A DNA stretch of 64,000 nucleotides from Promethearchaeota archaeon. GTDB taxonomy: Archaea; Asgardarchaeota; Hermodarchaeia; Hermodarchaeales; Hermodarchaeaceae. The stretch is from NCBI GenBank assembly GCA_048938385.1, contig JBHLMG010000012.1, forward strand, positions 1 to 64,000, given 5' to 3'. Each line of letters begins with the position of its first letter. Position 1 is the first letter of the stretch. Under the pieces are notes generated by a model. That model was given only the letters and a program-made list of their open reading frames with translations. It ran no database searches and had not been told where the DNA came from. The translations under genes and the position numbers were made by a program. This document shows positions 10,343 to 19,975 of this stretch, one piece after another.

Positions 10343-11739
10343 CCGAACATAAACACATCGAATTCGAACCCATGACCCGCTTAGAAGGACACGCGAAAAT
10401 CAGTCTGGATGTCACTGGCGGAACACTCAATCAATGCCACTTCCACATCATTGAGTCTCCACGCATGTTCGAACGCTTCATGGAAGGCGTTCCCGCTGAA
10501 GATGCTCCACAGCTCTCTGAACGCATCTGTGGCATCTGCTCTGTCGCTCACCATCTCGGATCCGTAAAAGCCGTTGAAGCCGCTTGGGACATCACTCCGC
10601 CCAAACAAGCAGTAAAGCTACGACATTTAGAAAATTTTGGAGAGTATATCCACAGCCATGCTCTCCATCAAGTTTATCTCGCCTTACCTGACTTCCTCAC
10701 CCCCCAAACACCCAATGTACTGGCTGTCGCCGCAAAAGATCCTGTCCTCGCTAAAAAAGGAATTGAACTCCGCATGTTCGGTCAAAACATCATCAAAGCC
10801 ATTGGAGGTCGAATGATTCATCCCTGCACTGCGATTCCTGGTGGAATGGCTGGGCCGCTCCTTGAAGAAGACCGAGATACACTGGTGAAACAAGCACCCA
10901 AAGCCCTTAAAACTGCGCGAGCTATCACAGAGCTCTACTTCAAACTTGCAAGGCAAAATGAGGTTGGTCTCGTACACTACTATTTGAGTGATCCCACCTA
11001 TTACCTCGGACTTCACAAGAAAGGCACACACGATATCTACGATGGCACTTTACGCTTCATCACACCCGACGGAAAACCCCTCCAGGACTTCAACCCTGCA
11101 GATTATACTCAATATATCGCAGAAGATGCAATGCCTTATACCACCGTCAAATACCCTTTCATCAAAAACCTCGGCCCTGAAAAGGGCAACTACCGTGTCG
11201 GACCCCTTGCTCGCCTTAATGTTGCGCAGAAGATGGCTAGCGAGGAAGCCCAGGGCTACGCAGATCAACTCTTCGAACACTTTGGTGGTCGACCTATCCA
11301 TGACCCAATCCTCTACAACCTTGCCCGATCCATTGAACTCCTCAGCGCTGTTGAACAAGCCATCACACTCATCGAGGACAGCAGCCTCCAACAAGACAAC
11401 TTCCGTATTCCCGTTGAGCCCCGTGCAGGCGAAGGCGTTGGCGTCGTCGAAGCTCCACGCGGCACCCTATTCCATCACTATTGGACTAACGATGACGGCT
11501 TCCTCACTAAAGTCAACTGCATGATCGCCACTGGTCAAAATATCCGTACCATTGAACACGGCGTCCAACAAAAAGCGGAGGAACTCCTCCCCCAACTCCT
11601 CCTACCTCGCCCAGAAAGCCTCAAGGCACTGGCTAGACTCGAACCTTTGGTTCGTGCATACGATCCCTGTATCTCATGTTCAGTGCATATGATGGAGTTG
11701 ATCAGGGATGAAGATCGTATCTCACTAACTGAGTTCTAG
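10339..11739 (+). CDS. mvhA: Group 3c [NiFe] hydrogenase large subunit
   Basis: TRLEGH, RICGICSVAH, EAPRG, DPCISCSVH plus a cleavable C-terminal tail. Confidence 0.93.
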   Translation: MTEHKHIEFEPMTRLEGHAKISLDVTGGTLNQCHFHIIESPRMFERFMEGVPAEDAPQLSERICGICSVAHHLGSVKAVEAAWDITPPKQAVKLRHLENFGEYIHSHALHQVYLALPDFLTPQTPNVLAVAAKDPVLAKKGIELRMFGQNIIKAIGGRMIHPCTAIPGGMAGPLLEEDRDTLVKQAPKALKTARAITELYFKLARQNEVGLVHYYLSDPTYYLGLHKKGTHDIYDGTLRFITPDGKPLQDFNPADYTQYIAEDAMPYTTVKYPFIKNLGPEKGNYRVGPLARLNVAQKMASEEAQGYADQLFEHFGGRPIHDPILYNLARSIELLSAVEQAITLIEDSSLQQDNFRIPVEPRAGEGVGVVEAPRGTLFHHYWTNDDGFLTKVNCMIATGQNIRTIEHGVQQKAEELLPQLLLPRPESLKALARLEPLVRAYDPCISCSVHMMELIRDEDRISLTEF

Positions 11740-11902
11740 GATAAAGTTACAGGATAACTGAACAGCTGATTGGTTCAGTGTGTGCTTTCTAGAATATCGA
11801 AGCAGCTGTTTTTAGTTAACCGAGGGGGCTAGCGCTTCTAATCTACTCAGGTGGATTTTGATAAGTTCAGGTGCCGATTTTGAACCAGGATATAAACCCC
11901 TT

Positions 11903-12670
11903 TCAAACGATGTCGATTTCTCGGTTTTCGCCTAATATCGAAAAGGCCTGTCCGCCCTGTGTGAGAAACAGGATAGGTGCAATCTCTGTGTGTCCTATTC
12001 GACGAGCTTTAATTGAAAGGGTGGTAACATAATCCTCTTCAGGTTTCAGTTTTCGATTGCGAAGAAACGCGGTCTGACGAAGGATGATGTTGGGTGTGAC
12101 GCCATCCAGCTCAAAGAGTGGGGGAACCGCGTTCACAATGGCTGTTAAATTCATTGGCGCTTGACTGCTATTGTGAATGTAGTAGCGGACATTCACACTA
12201 TTGCCTCGATAGACCGTCTCCTTTGCTGGATCGAGATCTGTGAGAAAAGCCACCTTAGGGGGTTCAGTAATCTCCTCCGTATCACACCAGATACACCCTG
12301 CGACGATCTGGTCAAGCAAAGGTTCGAAATCTTCGAAGGGGCCTTCCAGGCTATTCCAGGTATGGATGCGGTCACCATATTCGCCAATGAAGGTAGACTT
12401 GATAAGACCCATCAGGTTCGTAAGATCGGGTTGTCGCTCTTCCGGAGTGGCAAAAATAGCGACAAAGTCACCAGGGCGTTCGGTAAGACCGTCCACAAAG
12501 ACTTCTGAGCCTTCAAACCGTGCTTGACGAAAATCTCCCGTGGCAAATTCCTTCGAAGACACCCGGAATGCCGTCAGCAATCCTGAAAGCATCGTGGGGT
12601 CCACTTGGTCGGTATACTGTCGGGAAAACGCATACGCACCATTCAAGACGATGAAAATGGCTTTAATCAT
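11903..12670 (-). CDS. Longin/roadblock-like N-terminal domain plus Ig-like C-terminal domain protein
   Basis: N-terminus IKAIFIV..G..FSRQY..DPTMLSGLLTAF..F..E resembles Asgard longin-like domains; beta-rich C-terminus. Confidence 0.6.
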   Translation of the reverse strand: MIKAIFIVLNGAYAFSRQYTDQVDPTMLSGLLTAFRVSSKEFATGDFRQARFEGSEVFVDGLTERPGDFVAIFATPEERQPDLTNLMGLIKSTFIGEYGDRIHTWNSLEGPFEDFEPLLDQIVAGCIWCDTEEITEPPKVAFLTDLDPAKETVYRGNSVNVRYYIHNSSQAPMNLTAIVNAVPPLFELDGVTPNIILRQTAFLRNRKLKPEEDYVTTLSIKARRIGHTEIAPILFLTQGGQAFSILGENREIDIV

Positions 12671-12954
12671 CTCTGGGCTCCCCACCCGATTTACATTCTG
12701 GTTGCTCTCAATCACAACGCTCTTGAGGGGTTGTAACTTGAGGGTCGGAAGAGATTTTTCTCACTTTCTCTTTTCTTAGTCGGCAATAATTATTTCGTTT
12801 AAAAAGAAGAGCCTTAATTTCCACTGGAGAAGTCTTGGTGATTCGTCTGCAAGGCACTCAGAAGGCGTTTCTACAACATCTGGTTTGTTCTGTAACAAAA
12901 CCCAAGCATTTTTAGGTTAGCCTAAAATATTTGATTGCCAAGAGGTGGTCAATC

Positions 12955-13428
12955 ATGTCGGAAGAACATTTAAACAAAGAAAAATGGCATCGAAAACAAT
13001 CCGTCGATCTCTTCAATGAAACCTGGAACTACCTCGATAAAGAAGAGCGTACGCCAGAAGAAGAGGATTTAATGGTGAACCTCTCTCATGCTTCTCGATA
13101 TCATTGGGGGGTCCGTGTCGAGAAGGGATGGGACGCCACACCAATAAATTTAGGTCGTGGGGACTGGCAGCTTTCCCGCGTTTATGCGATCATTGGTGAT
13201 GGAAAGCGCGCCGTACATTACGGCAAGAACTACCTTGACATCTGTGAAAAAGAAGGTATCAAAGATTGGGATTTAGCCTACGCCTATGAAGCCCTTGCCC
13301 GGGGATACGCTGTTATTGGTGATACTACGAACAAGAACAAATACATAGAACTAGCCAAGAAGGCCACAAATGATGTCCAGGATAAAGACACCAAAGAAAT
13401 GATTCTCGCGGATCTTAAGACAATCTAA
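12955..13428 (+). CDS. Conserved alpha-helical (TPR-like) hypothetical protein
   Basis: LFNETWNYL, HASRYHW, WQLSRVYA, YAYEALAR pattern. Confidence 0.75.
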   Translation: MSEEHLNKEKWHRKQSVDLFNETWNYLDKEERTPEEEDLMVNLSHASRYHWGVRVEKGWDATPINLGRGDWQLSRVYAIIGDGKRAVHYGKNYLDICEKEGIKDWDLAYAYEALARGYAVIGDTTNKNKYIELAKKATNDVQDKDTKEMILADLKTI

Positions 13429-13435
13429 GTTTCTC

Positions 13436-13789
13436 ATGCCTGAAATTGAAGACGAGACGGGGATTTTTATGCCCCCGCCACATCTTCTTTTTTGTAATAT
13501 ATGTTCCAATGTTCAGAGGCTGTTCAGTGTGACCCAAGAACCCTCCACAAAGCCCAACCGTAAGGAGTCGCAGTCAGCACTAGCAATCGAGATGATTCTC
13601 AGCGATGCGAATCGCCCCTTAACAACTTATGAGGTACAACGGATATTCCACGAAATTGGTTGCCCTGATTCACCAAGCCGCCTCCTAAACCAACTGCGCT
13701 TGGAAGGAAAAATCCAGGGGAAGCTGAGCATTAAGCGAAAAACCTGGTTATGGTGGGCCCCTGAGGTTGCTGCTCCACCTGAAGAATAA
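13436..13789 (+). CDS. Small winged-helix-like protein
   Basis: PLTTYEV..SRLLNQLRLEGKI..WLWW; start uncertain. Confidence 0.55.
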   Translation: MPEIEDETGIFMPPPHLLFCNICSNVQRLFSVTQEPSTKPNRKESQSALAIEMILSDANRPLTTYEVQRIFHEIGCPDSPSRLLNQLRLEGKIQGKLSIKRKTWLWWAPEVAAPPEE

Positions 13790-13797
13790 TTCTCCAC

Positions 13798-14646
13798 CTA
13801 AAAGATGATGTCAGCCTCGACACCATATTGGCGTGTAAGGTCCAATATTTGTTCTCGGACTAATTCGTAGTATTGACTACCTGGACGAAGTGCATCGAGA
13901 ATCGCTTTCGATTGAATCTCAAAGTGATTCTGTAACGCCTGATGAATAACTGGTCGGTTTCCATACTTGACATTTAACCGGTCAAAGAGAATGTAAGCGA
14001 CCCCACAATCCCCCAATAGCCGAATAAGCTCTGGAAGGTCAGGAGTGCTCAGATGCGGGATGATCGGGCCAATGAAGGCATATGTGCGAATCCCTTGACT
14101 AGCCAGGGTCTGTAACGCTTGTAGACGCCGCGAGCCTGGAGCTGCCCCGTGTTCAAACACCCGTCGAACTTTTTCATCGAGTGTGATAATGGTCAGACCC
14201 ACCTCATTCCCTGATCCCGTTCCTAACAGATCTACATCCCGTAAAACCAAATCCGACTTTGTTAAGATTGAAATAGGATACTGATGTCGAGTCAAGACTT
14301 CAAGGCAATGGCGGGTCAACTGAAACCGTTGCTCTAATGGTTGATAGGCATCTGTTACACTAGAAAAAAGCACAGCATCCTTGGGTAGGTTGCGTCTCCT
14401 ACGGAGCTGTTGCTGTAACACAAGTGGGGCATTCACCTTGGCGTCAACAAAAGATCCCCACTCTTCTCCATGATGGCCACTATACCGGATCATGAACCGA
14501 GCGTAGCAGTAGCTACACGCGTGCTGGCAGCCTACATAGGGATTGATGGCATAGGTAACGCCACTGATTCGGCTCGGGTTCAAGATACTTTTCGCTGTGA
14601 CTTCGCGAATAAGAAGTGGTGATGGCACAGTTCCTCGTCCTTTCAC
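13798..14646 (-). CDS. SplB/Rv2578c-like radical SAM protein (DNA repair associated)
   Basis: INPYVGCQHACSYCYA, SSVTDAYQP, ILTKS. Confidence 0.88.
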   Translation of the reverse strand: MKGRGTVPSPLLIREVTAKSILNPSRISGVTYAINPYVGCQHACSYCYARFMIRYSGHHGEEWGSFVDAKVNAPLVLQQQLRRRRNLPKDAVLFSSVTDAYQPLEQRFQLTRHCLEVLTRHQYPISILTKSDLVLRDVDLLGTGSGNEVGLTIITLDEKVRRVFEHGAAPGSRRLQALQTLASQGIRTYAFIGPIIPHLSTPDLPELIRLLGDCGVAYILFDRLNVKYGNRPVIHQALQNHFEIQSKAILDALRPGSQYYELVREQILDLTRQYGVEADIIF

Positions 14647-14764
14647 CAGTAGCTCGATGTAATAAAGGCTCGCCTCCCCTCAAGATAGGTGAACCCCACG
14701 AAACTTGAGAAAAAGACAACACAAAAAAGGCAGCAGGTACGAAGTGGGCGACGGTGACAAGCCC

Positions 14765-15241
14765 ATGGAGAAGGACCAACTCAAAGTGTTCCTCAAAAAA
14801 CAAATCGCTTTAGAAGCAAAAATCGTTAAAGTAGCAAAGACAAGCGTTAAAAATACGAGAAACGAGCTCGTGCGTTACCTCATCGAAGCAATAGCAATTG
14901 ATTCCAATAAACATGCACTTCTGCTTAATGCAATTCTCGCTCGGCTCGAATCCAAGACGCCTTTTATCGAAGAAACCAAACGCGATGAACTAGGTGCTAA
15001 TATCCAGGAACACATCAGACTTGAAGCCAATGCCATTAAGACTTATAGTAACCTCATTCCTAAAACCGAGGACCCTGGCACTAAAAAAGTACTAGAATAC
15101 ATCCTTGAAGATGAGAAACGCCACCACACGCTGCTCAAACAACTCTACACTCTCGTCATCGAAAAGGAAACCCTTACCGAAGAAGATCTCTGGGACCTCA
15201 CCTGGAAAGATGTTCCCTGGCATGGCGGACCTGGTGGATAA
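14765..15241 (+). CDS. Ferritin/rubrerythrin-like di-iron four-helix bundle protein
   Basis: Repeated E..DSxKH and E..DEKRHH motifs. Confidence 0.75.
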   Translation: MEKDQLKVFLKKQIALEAKIVKVAKTSVKNTRNELVRYLIEAIAIDSNKHALLLNAILARLESKTPFIEETKRDELGANIQEHIRLEANAIKTYSNLIPKTEDPGTKKVLEYILEDEKRHHTLLKQLYTLVIEKETLTEEDLWDLTWKDVPWHGGPGG

Positions 15242-15333
15242 GCCTCACTCTCCCCTTGGTCTTTGAGGCCATAGTTTCTCACAAGGGTATTCCATCGTCC
15301 AAATTTATTGTCAACAAAGGAGTAGATAAAGCG

Positions 15334-16539
15334 GTGATTACAGGTATAGCTAAAAGACTGGTCGCATCGAGTTTTTCTGAACTCAACTATGACTATTGCG
15401 CAATAGATTGGAAAGAGGTTATAACGCGTCATGTAGGACTTTATGTCCATGTGCCTTTTTGCGAACGCTTATGTGCCTTTTGTCCCTTCCACCGCGTTCT
15501 ATTTGATTCAGAACTAAAGGATGCATACTTGAAAGCCTTACTTCACGAAATCGACCTTCGAGAATTAGAAGGCGATGTAGAGTGGCTTTATTTTGGAGGA
15601 GGCACTCCGAATCTTCTTAGCAAAGAGGAGATTAGTCAGATTTTACAGAAATTAAAAGAATATGTACAGCTCGAAGATATCACGCTAGAAGGCAAACCCC
15701 CCTATTTCACTGACAAATATCTTGAGGCGCTCCATCACTTCGATGTGACGAGGATAAGCATGGGTGTTGAATCTTTAACCAAAAAAGTTCTTGAGAATGT
15801 TCAACGCGACCGAACGGATGTACCAATGATTCGTGATATCATTAGAAAAGCTCACGATCTTGGGATTGCTGTTAATGCGGATCTTATGGTGGGATTACCC
15901 AAGCAACACCGTGGGGATTTTTTATTTGACATTACACGGTTAGCAGATCTTGGTCTAGATCAAATAACCACCTATCCTTTCACTAAGGCTCCTGGTGCAC
16001 GGGCTAAACCCGGTGTGACTGCTCGTGATTGTTTTGATATGATTGAAACCGCTGCAGATATCTTGACAGGTATGGGCTATGAGCGTGAAAATGTGTGGGT
16101 ATTCTCTACGCCAGAACTTGCGCAAAAAGCCCCGGGAGAACATCCTGCTGAATATTTCGGTTTTGGTCCTTCCGCTTTCAGTAAGATAGAGAATGTCCAG
16201 GTGGTTAATCCTTTCCTTGATGAATACATATTACGGTTGAATGAACATCAAACATATGGTTATAAAATCGAATTTAGCGAAATCTTCAATGCATGGCGTG
16301 AGTTTGCCCACCACCTCTACGATCTTAAACTCGAAAAATCCTTTCTTAAAACCCTTCCTCGGCGTCTTAGATTCGTGGCAAATCTCCTTAAACTTGCTGG
16401 GTATATTGATGGAGAAGAAGTCACGAAAAAGGGTCGATTCTTCGTCCATGATCTAACCATTCATGTTATCGAAAATCTCCCTCATCCGCTCAGCAATCCT
16501 GTGGCTCGAGGCATTGCTTGTATGAACATCTTCTTCTAA
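15334..16539 (+). CDS. HemN/HemW-like class C radical SAM protein
   Basis: LYVHVPFCERLCAFC, YFGGGTP, RISMGV, DLMVGLP, GFGPSA; start placed at the GTG after AAAGGAG. Confidence 0.85.
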   Translation: MITGIAKRLVASSFSELNYDYCAIDWKEVITRHVGLYVHVPFCERLCAFCPFHRVLFDSELKDAYLKALLHEIDLRELEGDVEWLYFGGGTPNLLSKEEISQILQKLKEYVQLEDITLEGKPPYFTDKYLEALHHFDVTRISMGVESLTKKVLENVQRDRTDVPMIRDIIRKAHDLGIAVNADLMVGLPKQHRGDFLFDITRLADLGLDQITTYPFTKAPGARAKPGVTARDCFDMIETAADILTGMGYERENVWVFSTPELAQKAPGEHPAEYFGFGPSAFSKIENVQVVNPFLDEYILRLNEHQTYGYKIEFSEIFNAWREFAHHLYDLKLEKSFLKTLPRRLRFVANLLKLAGYIDGEEVTKKGRFFVHDLTIHVIENLPHPLSNPVARGIACMNIFF

Positions 16540-16606
16540 GAAAGTAAGAAACCGATTCTAGTCAGGCTCGTCCTTAACCAAGAATTCTGCGGATCAATCT
16601 CTCAAT

Positions 16607-17995
16607 TCAATTCTTCGCCTTCACAACGAAATCTGTTAACCGTCGCTGGTATAACTGGCGTGCTAACAGGCTTCCTCCTTCGATCCAATGGTGTAAATTA
16701 ATTCGAAAACCCGACATCATATACCGAAGGGCTTCCTGGCGTGTGTCAAACCGTAAATATGGTTGACGCAATGCTTCCCGCGCGATTTCTCGAATTTTCC
16801 ACACACCGAGTGGCATGAGGTGTGATGGGCGGGATTCTCGGAGAACAACAATCGAAGCCTGTCGACCTTCTTCGGCAAGGTGTTGGGTGGTGACGGCTCG
16901 AACGGCATAGTAACAGCCACCGATCGATGCATAGGTGGTTCGACCTTTATACGGCTCCCAATCACTGCAGATACCGATGTGTTGGCCTGATGGATTCCAT
17001 GTTGTACCTGGAAACCAGGCTTCGAGCAGTTCATAACTAAAGGCTTCTGGGCTCATGAGAATCTTCACATGATCGCCTAAAAAATCTGATTCGTAAACAC
17101 GGTATTCGTTGATGAGTGGACTTTCCTTCACTGTAGCTCGATAATGGCGACCTACAGTACTGTCCACAGCTGTGATGCTCCATCGGGTAGGAACCATCCG
17201 GCGATTTTCTCCGATCCCGAAACTACCCATACTGAATGCGCGCGTGATTTTTGTTAAGGTGACATCATTGGCGTAGAGATCAACGATGGCGGGGGCAGCT
17301 TTGAGATCTCGGTCTTCATAGGCTCTCTCAAGGCGTCTGTGGCCTTTCATGGTGCCTAAAGAGAATCGTTCTAGCACGGCAGAAGGTCCCATGGGTTGAA
17401 CGCCTGATTCGAGTTGGAGTGGTCGTCGAGGTTTCTTTTTGAATAGCACTTCAGTTTCAACGGGGCCTGAGGACAGGGTCATGTCACGAGTATCACTGAT
17501 TATGCGTCCGGCTTGTTCGGGTTCGGTAACCATCACGCGATGCATACCACGAACAAGAGAGTAACGGTACTCGAGGATTTGGTTGAGTTCTAGATGCATC
17601 CAATCTTCGGAGGAATCGTAGATAGAGGTATCGCCGATGATGGGAGGCACTAATGGTCCTGCATAGACCTTAGGGTATCCAAAACGACCAACGAAGACGC
17701 CGGGAGGTGATGAGCCTGACATGTCGATTTTATCGAAGAGAGGTTGGACCTTTAAAAAAGAGTAGAGTCGGTGCAGGAGTGGACAGGAAGATTTGCCGCA
17801 AAGCATCTTCCCACCCTTGCAGACAAGACATCGGGTCTGGCTGGAGGAAGGTGACAGGTATGCCTGCATTGTTGGATTGAGGTCCTGGGCGGCTTCTACG
17901 CCATCCACCACAGGGCTTAGATAGGGTGCGATTTTGCGGACTTTCTTCACGAGCTTGACCCGTTTTGAGGCTCCTTGGGTCTTTGCTCGTCTCAC
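16607..17995 (-). CDS. nreA: Archaeal PCNA-interacting DNA repair protein Nre
   Basis: CLVCKG..LCG..CP zinc motif, GSSPPGVFVG, VPTRWSITAVD, GGCYYA, C-terminal PIP box QRRLTDF. Confidence 0.9.
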   Translation of the reverse strand: MRRAKTQGASKRVKLVKKVRKIAPYLSPVVDGVEAAQDLNPTMQAYLSPSSSQTRCLVCKGGKMLCGKSSCPLLHRLYSFLKVQPLFDKIDMSGSSPPGVFVGRFGYPKVYAGPLVPPIIGDTSIYDSSEDWMHLELNQILEYRYSLVRGMHRVMVTEPEQAGRIISDTRDMTLSSGPVETEVLFKKKPRRPLQLESGVQPMGPSAVLERFSLGTMKGHRRLERAYEDRDLKAAPAIVDLYANDVTLTKITRAFSMGSFGIGENRRMVPTRWSITAVDSTVGRHYRATVKESPLINEYRVYESDFLGDHVKILMSPEAFSYELLEAWFPGTTWNPSGQHIGICSDWEPYKGRTTYASIGGCYYAVRAVTTQHLAEEGRQASIVVLRESRPSHLMPLGVWKIREIAREALRQPYLRFDTRQEALRYMMSGFRINLHHWIEGGSLLARQLYQRRLTDFVVKAKN

Positions 17996-18132
17996 ATCCG
18001 CACCGCCATTTTATTTTTTCTCATCGCACACCTTTAAACAAAGAGAGGGCGCTGGATAAGTAAAGTTCTGTGATAGTAGGGTTAGGAGTTCTTTTACAAT
18101 TTAAGCTCTGTGAATTCGCTTTTTTTCTGGTT

Positions 18133-19521
18133 TTACGGTGCTGTATATTGAACTGTACAGATTTTACAGGCTTTGGCTGTGTAAGGTGCGAGTCCGGCTT
18201 GGATGATAACGGTGATTAATACTATGAGAAAGATGTAGCCAGGGATTTGTGGAAGAGATAATCCGTAGCCTACATCAAGAGTTATGGCAATGAAAACACC
18301 CGTTGCCGCAATTACGATACCTCGGGGTCCAAAGAAGCTCATGAACAATCTTTCACGAAGGTGGAACTTGGTTTTGATTGTAGACACCATTACCGCAAGG
18401 GGGCGTATAACTAGCATTAAGAGAATCACTACTACCAGTCCCGCCATGAAGAAAGGCGTAAAGAGGGTGACCAATAACAAATCCCAGGTAAGGAAAGCAG
18501 TAAGCAGAAGAAAGATTGTGGCAATCGCAAGTTGAGCAAGATCCGATTGGAACGCATGAACACCCTTTTCGATATGGTGCTTCAAGTCCATTTCCGCAAA
18601 AGTTGTTTCATGCCAATTAGCAGGATGTTTGAATCCAAGCCGGTCACGATTCCCAATTAGAATTCCTGCGATTAGTGAGGCGATAATTCCTGTTTCGTGG
18701 GCGAAGAACTCAGCAACTGCATACGCGCTGAAGGCTGCTACTATCATTCCGATGCGTGATAGGTGTTCAAGCCCAGGTTGATCACACCGATCCTGGAACC
18801 GTTTGAGGAAGCGAGGACCCAGCCACTGAGACACAAAAACCCCCATAACACCAACACCAATTCCGACGAAAATCCCTACCGTAAGGTTAAATGCCACAAC
18901 AACGGGGAGGGCAAAGGGGCTCCCAGAGATTGAGGCAAGAATTGCACTAAAAATTCCTGAAGCAACAATAACGCCTAACGCGTCGTTAATCAAGCCTTCT
19001 CCTTCCAGGGTAAATGCTACTTCCTCCTTAATTCCTAACCGGCGTACACAGGGGTTAATGACAGTTGGTCCAGTGATCATGGTCAAAGCTCCCATTAGTA
19101 GGGCAAAAGGAACAGAGATGCCTGCGAGGAACAGAAAGACTAGAGTCATCAGAGCTGCCGTGAGGAATCCGCCAATCAAGGAGAGTCGTAATACATTCCG
19201 GATGAGGGTTCGAAATTCGATAGGAGAACACGCTTGTTCATGAGGCATGCAACGGTTGAAGCTGTATCCTCCCTCAAAAACAATAATCGCCACAGCCACT
19301 CCAATAATGGCACGAAGGATTTGACCATCAGGGTCTAAAACTGCGAATAATGTAGGATTCAGGAAGTTAAATCCTAAGGGCCCAATTAACAAGCCAACAG
19401 CGATGTAAAAGATCAAGCGTGGAAACTGTGTGATTTGCATAAAAAGATGGGAGAAAAAAGTTACAATGACTACGAGAGCTGCAAAAATAATGACTAGGAG
19501 GGCAAATTCCAACACCATCAT
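18133..19521 (-). CDS. CPA1 (NhaP-type) cation/H+ antiporter
   Basis: About 12 TM segments, FEGG, TGPTVI, EGLIND, GPRGIV. Confidence 0.88.
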   Translation of the reverse strand: MMVLEFALLVIIFAALVVIVTFFSHLFMQITQFPRLIFYIAVGLLIGPLGFNFLNPTLFAVLDPDGQILRAIIGVAVAIIVFEGGYSFNRCMPHEQACSPIEFRTLIRNVLRLSLIGGFLTAALMTLVFLFLAGISVPFALLMGALTMITGPTVINPCVRRLGIKEEVAFTLEGEGLINDALGVIVASGIFSAILASISGSPFALPVVVAFNLTVGIFVGIGVGVMGVFVSQWLGPRFLKRFQDRCDQPGLEHLSRIGMIVAAFSAYAVAEFFAHETGIIASLIAGILIGNRDRLGFKHPANWHETTFAEMDLKHHIEKGVHAFQSDLAQLAIATIFLLLTAFLTWDLLLVTLFTPFFMAGLVVVILLMLVIRPLAVMVSTIKTKFHLRERLFMSFFGPRGIVIAATGVFIAITLDVGYGLSLPQIPGYIFLIVLITVIIQAGLAPYTAKACKICTVQYTAP

Positions 19522-19548
19522 ATACTCCTACTAATGGAGTCTAACCTT

Positions 19549-19902
19549 CTACACTGTGGCTACATCGACGCGCCATTCGCCATTTAGCTCTTTATCTCGA
19601 ACAATAGTTATAGGAGCAGGACTAGCACTTTTTGAGCCATCAGGCTTGTATCGCTGGAAAAAGAACTTCCAACGATTCTCATTCAGCTGGGTATCTCTAT
19701 CGGGTACATGCTTGTAGGTATACCCATAATCGCGTTGCATCTTCTGCCCCGCTCGCCAATACAAATCGGGGGATGACCCATAGCGCTCTGCCTGGTCTTG
19801 GTGAAACTTCCGGAAGGTCAACAACCATTTCTCTTTATCCTTTTCAACTAGATATTTGTAAAATAGTTTAGCAACTTCAACTGGAGCAATTCCTTTCTTC
19901 AA
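19549..19902 (-). CDS. Hypothetical protein
   Basis: 117-aa ORF with RBS-like GGGAGG, co-oriented with mch. Confidence 0.6.
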   Translation of the reverse strand: MKKGIAPVEVAKLFYKYLVEKDKEKWLLTFRKFHQDQAERYGSSPDLYWRAGQKMQRDYGYTYKHVPDRDTQLNENRWKFFFQRYKPDGSKSASPAPITIVRDKELNGEWRVDVATV

Positions 19903-19975
19903 GGGAAAAGCCTCCCTAGATTCTTTCTCTAACGGTGTTGTTCACCGCTTTTTAGCTTTTGTCACAAATATTTAC

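Noticed and set aside
4655-11790. Selenocysteine recoding or SECIS in hdrA, mvhD, mvhA (and fwdB)
   Set aside because: All relevant positions are Cys codons in open frames, so the hairpin ACTGAAC/GTTCAGT after mvhA has no UGA to serve.
19210-19260. In-frame intron explaining the CMPHEQACSP insertion in the antiporter
   Set aside because: A small hairpin exists but no 4-bp central helix with 3-nt bulges.
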